DNA of 56,898 nt from an uncultured Mycoplasmatota bacterium. Lineage in GTDB: Bacteria > Bacillota_I > Bacilli_A > RF39 > UBA660. The position numbers and the translations under genes were made by a program. The notes under the pieces are model-generated. The model made no database searches. It was not told the origin of the DNA and saw nothing but the letters and a program-made list of their open reading frames with translations. Positions within the stretch are counted from its first letter, which is position 1; each line of letters starts with the position of its first letter. Of the stretch, positions 40,205 to 49,466 are shown piece by piece. The stretch covers positions 1 to 56,898 of the forward strand of contig CAMNRN010000001.1 of the NCBI GenBank assembly GCA_946553095.1. The letters run 5' to 3'.

Positions 40205-40261
40205 GATGTTTGTAATTACTGTGAATTATTAAATCGAATAACTTATTTAAGGGGTGATAAA

Positions 40262-40369
40262 ATGCCAAGTTACATCAATATGAAAAATGAAATAGCAATA
40301 TTACAAGAACGACAAAAGCAAATAATTGAAGAACTAAATTATATTGAAATATATTACCAACAAAAATAG
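40262..40369 (+). CDS. 5' part of a split small coiled-coil/HTH gene (phage late-regulator-like)
   Basis: ATG at 40262 after AAGGGGTGA. It stops at 40367-40369, just after an A5 run. The reading frame continues in the -1 frame to 40575 with an HTH-like segment. Confidence 0.35.
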   Translation: MPSYINMKNEIAILQERQKQIIEELNYIEIYYQQK

Positions 40370-40596
40370 AAAGTTTAAAAATAATTGACACAAATTTAAA
40401 AGAACTCCAAGGAATAGAAAATAAATTATACTATAATATAATAGTAACAGGTCTTTCTCCAACAAAAGCAGTTCAAAAAGTATCATTCGATTTTGATAAA
40501 GATGAATCGACAATTTGGAAAAATTACTATCCAAAAGTTAAAGAAAAAATAAATGCTCTAGCGAACATAAAGTAACTTCTTCATATCATACAACGG

Positions 40597-43500
40597 GTGA
40601 AAAAAATGAAAGAATTAACAGAAAAAAGAAAATTGCGCGAAAAGCCTTTTCTAAAGCCAAACGGCGAAATGATTGCTTATGTTTATGACGAAGACGTCCA
40701 TTACTTACAAGATGGCAAGTACTTAGAAATAAACAATACGTTAATCAAAAATAAGGATAGTTTTGAAAACAAACAAAATTCCTTCAAAAGTATTTTTAAT
40801 AAAAAAAATTTATTAGAAATGCGAAAAGGGGATAACTACTTAGTTATCAACTTAAAAAATAGTATGGAACTTTTACCATTTAAAAAAAATAAAGAAGAGA
40901 TTACTTATCGAAATATCTTAAATGATATAGATATTGACTATCAAGTAAAAAATACCAAAGTAAAAGAAGCAATAATTCTACATAGTCAAGAAAATATTCC
41001 TAAATCCCTAGAATTTGAAGTCTCAACAAATCTTGATTTAAATATGAAAGATAACAAAATTATTGCTTCCAAAAACAATGTTGAAATATTTATGATTGAA
41101 GAACCATTCATGTTCGATAGTATTGGTTCTTATAATTATAATATATCCTACCAATTAGACAAGTTGTCAAATAATTATCTAATTACTTTAAAATTAGATA
41201 CAAAATGGTTACATGATAAAAGAAGAGTTTTCCCAATATCTATTGACCCAACCATTACAAATAGTGCAAGCCAAAACAATGTCTATGATACATATATTTG
41301 TAATACTTCTCCAAAAACAAACTATGGTGGAGAAAATATCCTCAAAGTCGGCGTCGATCGCGATGGAAACATCTATCGAAGTCTTTTGAAATTTGACTTA
41401 CCAACCATTGGAACAGGAAGTCAGGTAATTAATGCTTATATTTCTTTGTTTCCTAATTTGCAAATAGCAGACCTTCTTTATCGTGAATATTCCTATATTG
41501 ATGTTCATGAAATGAAAGAAGATTGGCAAGAAAGAAGTGCGACATGGGAAACTACTAATGATAAATATAATCCTCGTTTAGAATACTATAGCGATTATCA
41601 TCTAAATTATCATGATCCAGTCATTCACGACGTTCCATTTGATGTTACAAACTTAGTAAAGAAATGGTACTCTGGAACTCCAAACTATGGTGTGATGTTA
41701 AAATCTCACATAGAAACCAAAGAAAAAAATTATGATGTATGTAAGTATGTTTCTAAAAATAACAATATATCATCAGATCCAAAACCGATATTAGTGATAA
41801 CTTATCGTAATCAAAATGGTTTAGAAGATTATCTAGCCTATAAAACACAAAATTACACCTATGGTACATCTCACATTAACACTTACAATGGTAATTTAAC
41901 AACTGCCTTTGATATTATCTCAACTTTAGGTGGAAAATCTCCGGCTAATGTATTGTTGTATTACAACACTAATGATGTCATTTTAGAAAACAACTATGGA
42001 TATGGTCTAGGATATAAATTAAATTATCATCAAACCCTAAAACCAGTAATAATTGAATCTATTAACTATATTGAATATGTTGATGCAGATGGAACAATTC
42101 ATTATTTTGTTGAAGAAAAATATGGTCATTATAAAGATGAAGATAATTTAAATTTAACAGTTACTCCATACGGCCCAGATGCTAAAGTAATGATTGACAA
42201 GTCCGGTAATAAATCATTCTTTACTCAAAAAGGAGATACCTATTATTTAACACAAATCATATCAACCGAGGGCGATAAAACCCTTATTGATTATGATTCT
42301 GATTTAAAAATAACCAAAATAACTGATCCGGTAAAAAACATTATTAATATTTCATATTCCTCCAACAAAATAACTTTTAAAACCAAAGAAAAAGAAGTTA
42401 CTTTAAACACCAATAATGAATCTCAAGTAGAAGTTCTTAATATTGATCATAAAATAACTAAATTTTTCTATAACTCCCTTCATCTTCTTAATAAAATAAC
42501 TGATACTAAAGAAATATCTCTAACATTCGATTATTACAATTCTATTCCTTATCGAATGAAAAAAATAACTGAATTAGGTCTAAACAACACTTTAGGTAAG
42601 ACATTAGATATAACTTATGATTTTAATGTTACAACTTTTACTGACAATTTAGGTCATAAAAACACTTATGTATTTAATAATGTTGGTAATGCCATAACAG
42701 TAACCAATTTAGATAATACTGATTCATTATCAAATGCTTATGGGAAAAGCTATAATTATTTTGAAACAGCTGCTGATAAAAATCGTTTGCAATCTAGCGA
42801 ACAATTAAATAAGACAATAAAAAATTATCTTTCAAATTCTAGTTTTGAATTAGATAATGAAATATTTACTATTACAGGTGGAACCAAAACCTTTAGCGAA
42901 GACTACTCCTTAAGTGGCAAAAGGTCGTTAAAAGTAACAGGAAATAATCCTTTATTAGAATATACAATTAATATTCCTCAAAATGCCTTTTACACCTTTA
43001 GTATTTATGCCAAAGGAACTGGTAAACTAAAATTAAAAATTGATAATACTACCTCGGAAACATTTAACTTAACCGACAATTTTGAAAGATATCAAATTAG
43101 TCAATATATAAATACACCAAGTTTAAAAATTTCCATTGAACTTGATAGCACAACTACCTACATTGATGATATTCAATTAGAACAAAATGAAGTAGCTAAT
43201 TATTATACAATGATTGAAAATTCTGACTTCAGTAGTAGTCTCTCAAACTGGAATTTAACTGCATATCAAAGTGATGATGGAGGAATACATCTAAATCCAA
43301 ATTATGAGATAATATCTATTGATAATAACTTAAATGCTTTAAAAATTAACCGTGATCCATACATAGCTCATAATTTAGATCAAACATTTAATACATCTGG
43401 AAAAGCAGGCGATAAATATGTTGTCTCATTTTGGTACAAAAACTCTGGTTTAAATAATTCCTATTCAGCAGAATTTCCAGCCAATTGTAAGATTTCTTTT

Positions 43501-46500
43501 AATACCAACGAGGACATTCCAACCGATGATTTCCCTCAAATATGGTTAAATTATAATGAAGAAGAATGGCAATACTATTCTGAAACATTCGTGGCTGAAT
43601 ATGACTACGACAGTCTAGAATTTAATCTATTTTTAGAAGATTCAGCTAATGAATTTTACATTACTAACATTACTCTTTATAAAGATATATCAAGAACAGA
43701 TTACTTTTATGACGATGAAGGAAATATTATTGAAATAAATGATACAGAAGATAATTCATCAACATTTAATTACAATGATAACAACGAATTAATCAAAATG
43801 ATGGACCCTCGTGGAAATAACTTTATATTTGAGTATGATAATAATTTAACCTCTAGAGTTTTAAGTGGTATCTCCAAATCAGGTATATCAAACGAAATAA
43901 GATACGACAATTTTGGTAACCCAATCATTACCAAAACAAAGGTTGTTGGCAAAAATGAAAAAATACCATCAGGTAAATACTTTATTAGAAGCAAAGGAAC
44001 AGACAAATACTTTGAAGCCAACTTTGAAACCAAAAACATCGAACTAAAAGAAAACAACTGTAGTCACGATATTTGGATACTTACTAACACCAAAGACGAT
44101 TTATATACAATTTCTCCGGCATCTCTCCCATCATTTTATATTAATCAAAGTCGAAACGGAGACATAAAACTAGAAAAAACACCTTCATTATTTACTTTAA
44201 ATCCGCAAGAAAACGGTAGTTATTACATTACTATTTTTAGAAGAACCAGAGATGATATTGCATCTGATCTCGGTGCCAACGAAAACGGCATAATTGAAAT
44301 AATTGATGAAGGACCAATTTATCCATATATGTTTGAATTTTACTTAGAAAGTGCCGATTATCCATACTTTATTGAAAACACGGCAGAATATACCGAAGAT
44401 GGTAAGTTTATTAAAAGCACCACGGATACTTTACTAAACAAAACAATTTATGATATTAATGAGACGAATGGCTTAATTAACTCAGAAACAGATCCAAATG
44501 GTGATACTACCTATTACACATATAATGAGAAAAAACAAATAACTAGCATTTCTAAAAATGATAAAACCATAACTTATAGCTATAATGATCAAGATAACTT
44601 AAGTAAAATTATCTCAGGAGCCAAAGAATATAATTTTGAATATGATGAATTTCTAAAGCCTAAATCAGTTAAAATAGGTAATGATATTACTCTAATAACC
44701 AATGAATATGAGTCCCAAAACGGCAACTTAAAAAAATCCACTTATGGAAATGACCACATAACAACTTACACATACGATGAATTAGATCGTCCAAAATCCA
44801 TCACAAAATCTAACCAAAAATTCATCTATAGATATGATAATTTTAATAATATTGCTAAAATAGATTGTTATAACCGTGATGAAGAATTAATTAAATCTCA
44901 TGCTTATGACTATGACAAGAGTAGTAGACTAATAAACTATCAAAGTGGTGATTTTGATATTAAATATAACTATGACCAAAACTCTAATGTCACAGCCAAA
45001 AATTATCGAAAAAATTCCCTCCAAAAAACTAAATCAATTTCTTATAATCTAGACAATGCTGTTACTACATCTGTTTTAGATAATAGTACCATTAACTATA
45101 GTTATGACCCATTAGGAAGATTAACAAACAGCACTTTAAACGATACTTTTAAAACAGACTACACCTACGTTTCAAAAGGTTATAGAACATCACTTTTAAT
45201 TGATTCACTTTCTTCTGGTTCAAACAAATACTCCTACAAATATGACAACCTAAATAACATAACTCATATTTATTACAACGATACTTTAACAAATGAATAC
45301 TTCTACGATAACTTAAATGAACTTATCAAAGAAAATGATTATAAAAATAGTAAAACTATTTCCTATACCTATGATACAGAAGGAAATATTTTAAATAAAA
45401 AGATCCATCCATTAAATAAAGAAATAGTTTTAGACGAAACAACTTATAGTTATGATAACTCTAAATGGGAAGACCAATTAACTAACTTTAATGGCACTTA
45501 CATTACTTATGATGAAATAGGAAACCCTAAAACAATTGGTAATGATATAACTTTAAATTGGCAAAATGGCCGTGAACTATCAAGTTACAAAGATACATCA
45601 AAAAACCTAAATGTTACTTATGAATATAACAAAGATGGAATAAGAACAAGCAAGATAGTAAATGGTGTAAAACATGAGTATAGTCTTGAAAATAGTAACA
45701 TAATATTTGAAACAATAGATAGTAATGTGATATACTATTTACGAGATGCTAACAGTGGATTAATCGGACTAGATTTAAATGGCACTAGATACTACTATCT
45801 AAAAAATGCTCAAGAAGACATAACAGGCATTATGGATAGCAATTATAATGTCATAGCAACATATGAATATGACTCATGGGGTAATATCCTAAGCATCAAA
45901 GATAGAAGTGGAAACTCCATCACCGATGAAACAAACATTGCAATCATAAACCCATATAGATATCGAAGTTACTACTACGATGAAGAAACAAAACTATACT
46001 ACCTAAACTCAAGATATTACAATCCTAAATGGGGTAGATTTATTAATGCAGATGGTATAATAAATGCTGATGAAAACATAAATGGATACAATTTATATAC
46101 ATATACGTGTAATAATCCAGTTAACAATTATGATGAGGAAGGAACTTTTCTTGGCAAAATCATAAATAAAGTAAAAAATATATTTAATAAATCCAACACA
46201 AGTAAAGAAAAAAATTGGGTAAAAAGCGAAAATAAAAACAAATTACCTACAAAATCAAAGCCTAATTCTGTAAAAGAAAATCCAAATGGAGATAAAAGGT
46301 TTTATGGCGATGATGGAAAAGCAAAACACGATTTGGATAAAAGCCACCCCACTCATCATCCAAATTTACCAAATCCTCATGCTCATGAATGGACGTGGGA
46401 TGGAGATAACCCAAGCAGAGGACCAGCAATTGATCCAAAAGATTTACCAGAATCTATAGTAATAGTAGGAACTAATATAACAAGTTCATATATACTATAC

Positions 46501-46575
46501 AGAGTAATGAGGCTTCTACCATCTTTAATACCTGAATTTTGGTGGACTATACCTTCAAATTTAGCAACTCCATAA
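40597..46575 (+). CDS. Giant RHS/YD-repeat polymorphic toxin
   Basis: 1992 aa. DNRLRE-type domain (YRSLLKFDLP...HEMKEDWQERSATWET). Many YD repeats (YTYDELDRP, YSYDPLGRL, YEYNKDGIRT). RHS core PYRYRSYYYDEETKLYYLNSRYYNPKWGRFINADG...NNPVNNYDEEG, then a 143-aa variable tail. No hydrophobic signal peptide or LXG/WXG N-terminus. The start is GTG at 40597 or ATG at 40606. Confidence 0.9.
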   Translation: MKKMKELTEKRKLREKPFLKPNGEMIAYVYDEDVHYLQDGKYLEINNTLIKNKDSFENKQNSFKSIFNKKNLLEMRKGDNYLVINLKNSMELLPFKKNKEEITYRNILNDIDIDYQVKNTKVKEAIILHSQENIPKSLEFEVSTNLDLNMKDNKIIASKNNVEIFMIEEPFMFDSIGSYNYNISYQLDKLSNNYLITLKLDTKWLHDKRRVFPISIDPTITNSASQNNVYDTYICNTSPKTNYGGENILKVGVDRDGNIYRSLLKFDLPTIGTGSQVINAYISLFPNLQIADLLYREYSYIDVHEMKEDWQERSATWETTNDKYNPRLEYYSDYHLNYHDPVIHDVPFDVTNLVKKWYSGTPNYGVMLKSHIETKEKNYDVCKYVSKNNNISSDPKPILVITYRNQNGLEDYLAYKTQNYTYGTSHINTYNGNLTTAFDIISTLGGKSPANVLLYYNTNDVILENNYGYGLGYKLNYHQTLKPVIIESINYIEYVDADGTIHYFVEEKYGHYKDEDNLNLTVTPYGPDAKVMIDKSGNKSFFTQKGDTYYLTQIISTEGDKTLIDYDSDLKITKITDPVKNIINISYSSNKITFKTKEKEVTLNTNNESQVEVLNIDHKITKFFYNSLHLLNKITDTKEISLTFDYYNSIPYRMKKITELGLNNTLGKTLDITYDFNVTTFTDNLGHKNTYVFNNVGNAITVTNLDNTDSLSNAYGKSYNYFETAADKNRLQSSEQLNKTIKNYLSNSSFELDNEIFTITGGTKTFSEDYSLSGKRSLKVTGNNPLLEYTINIPQNAFYTFSIYAKGTGKLKLKIDNTTSETFNLTDNFERYQISQYINTPSLKISIELDSTTTYIDDIQLEQNEVANYYTMIENSDFSSSLSNWNLTAYQSDDGGIHLNPNYEIISIDNNLNALKINRDPYIAHNLDQTFNTSGKAGDKYVVSFWYKNSGLNNSYSAEFPANCKISFNTNEDIPTDDFPQIWLNYNEEEWQYYSETFVAEYDYDSLEFNLFLEDSANEFYITNITLYKDISRTDYFYDDEGNIIEINDTEDNSSTFNYNDNNELIKMMDPRGNNFIFEYDNNLTSRVLSGISKSGISNEIRYDNFGNPIITKTKVVGKNEKIPSGKYFIRSKGTDKYFEANFETKNIELKENNCSHDIWILTNTKDDLYTISPASLPSFYINQSRNGDIKLEKTPSLFTLNPQENGSYYITIFRRTRDDIASDLGANENGIIEIIDEGPIYPYMFEFYLESADYPYFIENTAEYTEDGKFIKSTTDTLLNKTIYDINETNGLINSETDPNGDTTYYTYNEKKQITSISKNDKTITYSYNDQDNLSKIISGAKEYNFEYDEFLKPKSVKIGNDITLITNEYESQNGNLKKSTYGNDHITTYTYDELDRPKSITKSNQKFIYRYDNFNNIAKIDCYNRDEELIKSHAYDYDKSSRLINYQSGDFDIKYNYDQNSNVTAKNYRKNSLQKTKSISYNLDNAVTTSVLDNSTINYSYDPLGRLTNSTLNDTFKTDYTYVSKGYRTSLLIDSLSSGSNKYSYKYDNLNNITHIYYNDTLTNEYFYDNLNELIKENDYKNSKTISYTYDTEGNILNKKIHPLNKEIVLDETTYSYDNSKWEDQLTNFNGTYITYDEIGNPKTIGNDITLNWQNGRELSSYKDTSKNLNVTYEYNKDGIRTSKIVNGVKHEYSLENSNIIFETIDSNVIYYLRDANSGLIGLDLNGTRYYYLKNAQEDITGIMDSNYNVIATYEYDSWGNILSIKDRSGNSITDETNIAIINPYRYRSYYYDEETKLYYLNSRYYNPKWGRFINADGIINADENINGYNLYTYTCNNPVNNYDEEGTFLGKIINKVKNIFNKSNTSKEKNWVKSENKNKLPTKSKPNSVKENPNGDKRFYGDDGKAKHDLDKSHPTHHPNLPNPHAHEWTWDGDNPSRGPAIDPKDLPESIVIVGTNITSSYILYRVMRLLPSLIPEFWWTIPSNLATP

Positions 46576-46596
46576 ATAATAAGGAGGAATTAAAAA

Positions 46597-47037
46597 ATGT
46601 ATGGAATAAGATTTGAAATAAATAATGCTTATGATAATTTTTTGGAAAAAATATTAAATAAAATAAATATTTTGGAATATAATTGGCAAATTCTTCATGA
46701 CGATGTTTTTGATGAAAATAATCAATATAAATTCAATAAAGAATATTACAAAGGAAATGAATTCTCGGAATTAATCAAAGGGAATAAATACTATATTATT
46801 TCATTAAAATTAGCAGCGTATAAAAAAACGTGTTATAAAGAGATAAATAATTATGAAGGGTTTGAAAAAAGTGAAGCACGGCTGTTTATAAAAATAATTG
46901 ACAACATTTTTGTTGATGTTTATGCCAAAGAAAAAAGCCTATTAGATATAATAATAAATAATTTAAAAAGTAATATGATATCAAATATTGAATATATAAG
47001 TCAGTCAAATTTACAAAAATATTTTGATAATGATTAA
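46597..47037 (+). CDS. Candidate cognate immunity protein
   Basis: 146 aa, cytoplasmic-looking. AGGAGG RBS, 21 nt after the RHS stop on the same strand. This is the classic toxin-immunity position. No family recognised. Confidence 0.5.
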   Translation: MYGIRFEINNAYDNFLEKILNKINILEYNWQILHDDVFDENNQYKFNKEYYKGNEFSELIKGNKYYIISLKLAAYKKTCYKEINNYEGFEKSEARLFIKIIDNIFVDVYAKEKSLLDIIINNLKSNMISNIEYISQSNLQKYFDND

Positions 47038-47090
47038 AGAAAAATTATAAGGGGAAAAAAATCTCCTTTTCTTTGAAAGGGGGGATTTAA

Positions 47091-47345
47091 ATGAATATAA
47101 CAATACCATTAATAGTTCCAACAGTTGCATATACATCTGGAGCCATAACAAAGATCTTTATTAAAAAACTACCAAATAGATATATACCAATCCAAAATGT
47201 AATAATCGGAATAATAAGTGCAATTATCTGTGTATCTTCAAACTTAGAGAATAACTTTCTAAATGCATTAGTATTATGTATCATATCAACGATGGGAGCA
47301 GGAGGATTATCAGATCTTGCAAGCAAAAACAAAAAGACAACATGA
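47091..47345 (+). CDS. Phage holin (Hol118/A118-like, three TM)
   Basis: 84 aa, three hydrophobic helices and a charged tail. LPNRYIPIQNVIIGIISAI and STMGAGGLSDLASKNKK parallel Hol118 (VPSKWLPTVSILIGAILGA and AGALAGAGGTGLFE). RBS AGGGGGGA. Confidence 0.6.
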   Translation: MNITIPLIVPTVAYTSGAITKIFIKKLPNRYIPIQNVIIGIISAIICVSSNLENNFLNALVLCIISTMGAGGLSDLASKNKKTT

Positions 47346-47528
47346 AAAATGAAACACCTAAATGCTTCATAATTCATAAACCTCAATAAAACCATCAAGA
47401 TGAAAACTAGATAAGTGGAATATACTTTTATTCCACCTATCTAAATATATAATAGTAAATAATAAAATATAACCCAAAATATGCTTTATTATTTTATAAC
47501 AAAAAAATTCCCAATTATAGCATAATTC

Positions 47529-47936
47529 ATGATCATGTTATTAAAATTTAAAAGAATAATGTCATTGTTAGCAGAAATATTAATAATATTTGTCTCATGT
47601 TTTTTAAATATATATTTATTCGAGGTAATAAATGAAAGCATAGCGTTAATAATATTTATCATATTAATGCCACTCTTGTTTATATTTAAAGACTGTATTA
47701 TAGGATATGAAAGCTTTGGCAAAAAAAGTGCAAAAAGAATCAACAGAATCAATAAAACTATTTGGAAAATCAATGTCTATGCAACTGACGATTATGATTT
47801 TAAAAATGAACACAACAGCAGATGGCTAGTTGACTATTTAAATGATTTTGGAAATACTATGCAAGAATGGGGAGTAATGGAAAAATACGTATGGGAAATA
47901 AATTATGATACATACTATTTTGATAAAAATGATTAA
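47529..47936 (+). CDS. Hypothetical membrane protein (RDD-like fragment plus soluble C-terminus)
   Basis: Two TM helices and a KDCIIGYESFGKK motif reminiscent of the RDD family. No clear RBS. A competing antisense ORF exists. Confidence 0.25.
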   Translation: MIMLLKFKRIMSLLAEILIIFVSCFLNIYLFEVINESIALIIFIILMPLLFIFKDCIIGYESFGKKSAKRINRINKTIWKINVYATDDYDFKNEHNSRWLVDYLNDFGNTMQEWGVMEKYVWEINYDTYYFDKND

Positions 47937-48052
47937 TGTATAAAATAAAAAAACAAATCCAATATTTAATAAAAGGAGTTCACATGATAATTCCAAAGAA
48001 GTAATAAAAAAAATAATATTAAAAAAAATAAAAAATCATAGTTTAGGAGTGA

Positions 48053-48217
48053 ATGACAATGATTATAATTACATTAATATCAATAATAATTTTATTAATA
48101 AGTATATATTATGGTATAGTTTTTAGAAACAATTTTATAAATTGGATAATAATTATATTTCTAACATCACTAAATATCCATAATTTAAAAGATAAATCAG
48201 TCCAATACAAAAAATAA
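48053..48217 (+). CDS. Small two-TM hypothetical protein (54 aa)
   Basis: Hand-found ORF MTMIIITLISIIILLISIYYGIVFRNNFINWIIIIFLTSLNIHNLKDKSVQYKK after AGGAG. Below the ORF-track cutoff. Confidence 0.3.
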   Translation: MTMIIITLISIIILLISIYYGIVFRNNFINWIIIIFLTSLNIHNLKDKSVQYKK

Positions 48218-48285
48218 ATATATGTAGTAATTTAATATCTTTATTAATTATATTCTATATTATTACAATTAATATCTTTACTATT

Positions 48286-48591
48286 ATGCAAAGTAATACA
48301 TTTTTTAAAACCAAAACAGTTGAAGAATTTAAAATAAATAACAAAGAAAACATATTAGTTCAACAAATTATAAATGGCGGTTTATTAACAAATAATTATG
48401 AAATAGCTTATATAAGAAAATTACCTTTTGGTTTATACTGTTATAGTATATTGGATGCATATAACATCCAAGATGATTATCTAACATTAAGCGAAACCAT
48501 GAAAGTCATAAAAGATATAGATAAAGGTTTTTGTTATCATAAAATAAAGTTAAATAATATGCCAAAAACTACTAGTAAAAGAAAATATTAA
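48286..48591 (+). CDS. Hypothetical protein
   Basis: 101-aa ORF with no RBS and no recognisable domain. Possibly an orphan immunity-type gene. Confidence 0.25.
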   Translation: MQSNTFFKTKTVEEFKINNKENILVQQIINGGLLTNNYEIAYIRKLPFGLYCYSILDAYNIQDDYLTLSETMKVIKDIDKGFCYHKIKLNNMPKTTSKRKY

Positions 48592-48665
48592 CAATTAAAG
48601 TAATAATTTTCTAGGAGTAACAAGAATGAAAAAAAGTTAGATATAAACAAAAGGGGGTACAAAAT

Positions 48666-49394
48666 ATGTATGATTATAAAAGTCCTGATGATTTAGTAAA
48701 ATGGGCTACAAACGAATATAAAAAGAAAAATAAATATAAAAATGGGGGCATTGGTAGATATACCAAAGATAAAACAAGATTGTTTGATTGCTGTGGTTTA
48801 TACAAGTGTTTTCTATGGCACGATTATCATACCCAAAATGCTAAGTATTATGGTATAACTCAAAAAGATTTAAACTGCGAAGGTCTACTAAAAGAAGCTG
48901 TAGAAAAAGGCCCAATATCAACCATTCCAGAAATACCTGGTGTATTAGTTTATCAAAAAGGACACATGGGAATTTATCTTGGAGATGGACAAGTAATAGA
49001 AGCTACAGCCAAAAAATACGATGGTCAAAATGGAAAAATATATAAGACATACTTTAAGGGTAAATGTCCAGATTGTGATGGAAAAAGAACAACATGGACT
49101 AAATGGTTTAAAGGTCTAAATTTAAACTACCAATCTTCATTAGAACCATCATTTTTAGGAAAAAAGGGTTATTACTCATATGGTGATAATCATAAGAATA
49201 TTGGAAAAATTGCCAAATTTATGTACAAAGTCTTTCCCGCATACACAAATAAACTTGCATTAGGAAACTACCTAGGAAAAAACCTTGAAAAAGCTCTTAA
49301 AGAATTCCAAAAAAGAACGAAAATAGTAGTAAATGGTCGAATTGATAAAAATACCTTGTCAAAATTAAAAGAATATGGTTTCAAAGAATCATAA
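48666..49394 (+). CDS. NlpC/P60-type endolysin with C-terminal peptidoglycan-binding domain
   Basis: Catalytic Cys context FDCCGLYKCF and His context GHMGIYLGDGQVIEAT. C-terminal PG_binding_1-like repeat (LGKNLEKALKEFQKRTKIVVNGRIDKNTLSKL). No signal peptide. RBS AAGGGGG. Confidence 0.75.
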   Translation: MYDYKSPDDLVKWATNEYKKKNKYKNGGIGRYTKDKTRLFDCCGLYKCFLWHDYHTQNAKYYGITQKDLNCEGLLKEAVEKGPISTIPEIPGVLVYQKGHMGIYLGDGQVIEATAKKYDGQNGKIYKTYFKGKCPDCDGKRTTWTKWFKGLNLNYQSSLEPSFLGKKGYYSYGDNHKNIGKIAKFMYKVFPAYTNKLALGNYLGKNLEKALKEFQKRTKIVVNGRIDKNTLSKLKEYGFKES

Positions 49395-49466
49395 TTACAT
49401 TTATCTTTTAAAAATACCCAATTAAAGAATTTTTGTTAAAACAACAATCTTTTAACATTCTTTCAT

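Noticed and set aside
40181-40261. Upstream ATG start (MIKFDAFLDV...) of the small ORF
   Set aside because: This stretch is the descending arm and T-run of the terminator hairpin at 40168-40204. The downstream ATG at 40262 has a good RBS.
47087-47398. 103-aa minus-strand ORF overlapping the holin
   Set aside because: The plus-strand ORF has a strong RBS, holin-like three-TM topology and a charged tail, and matches the orientation of the operon.
47489-47773. 94-aa minus-strand ORF overlapping 47529-47936
   Set aside because: It is shorter than the plus-strand alternative and opposite to the locus orientation. Neither ORF is strongly supported.
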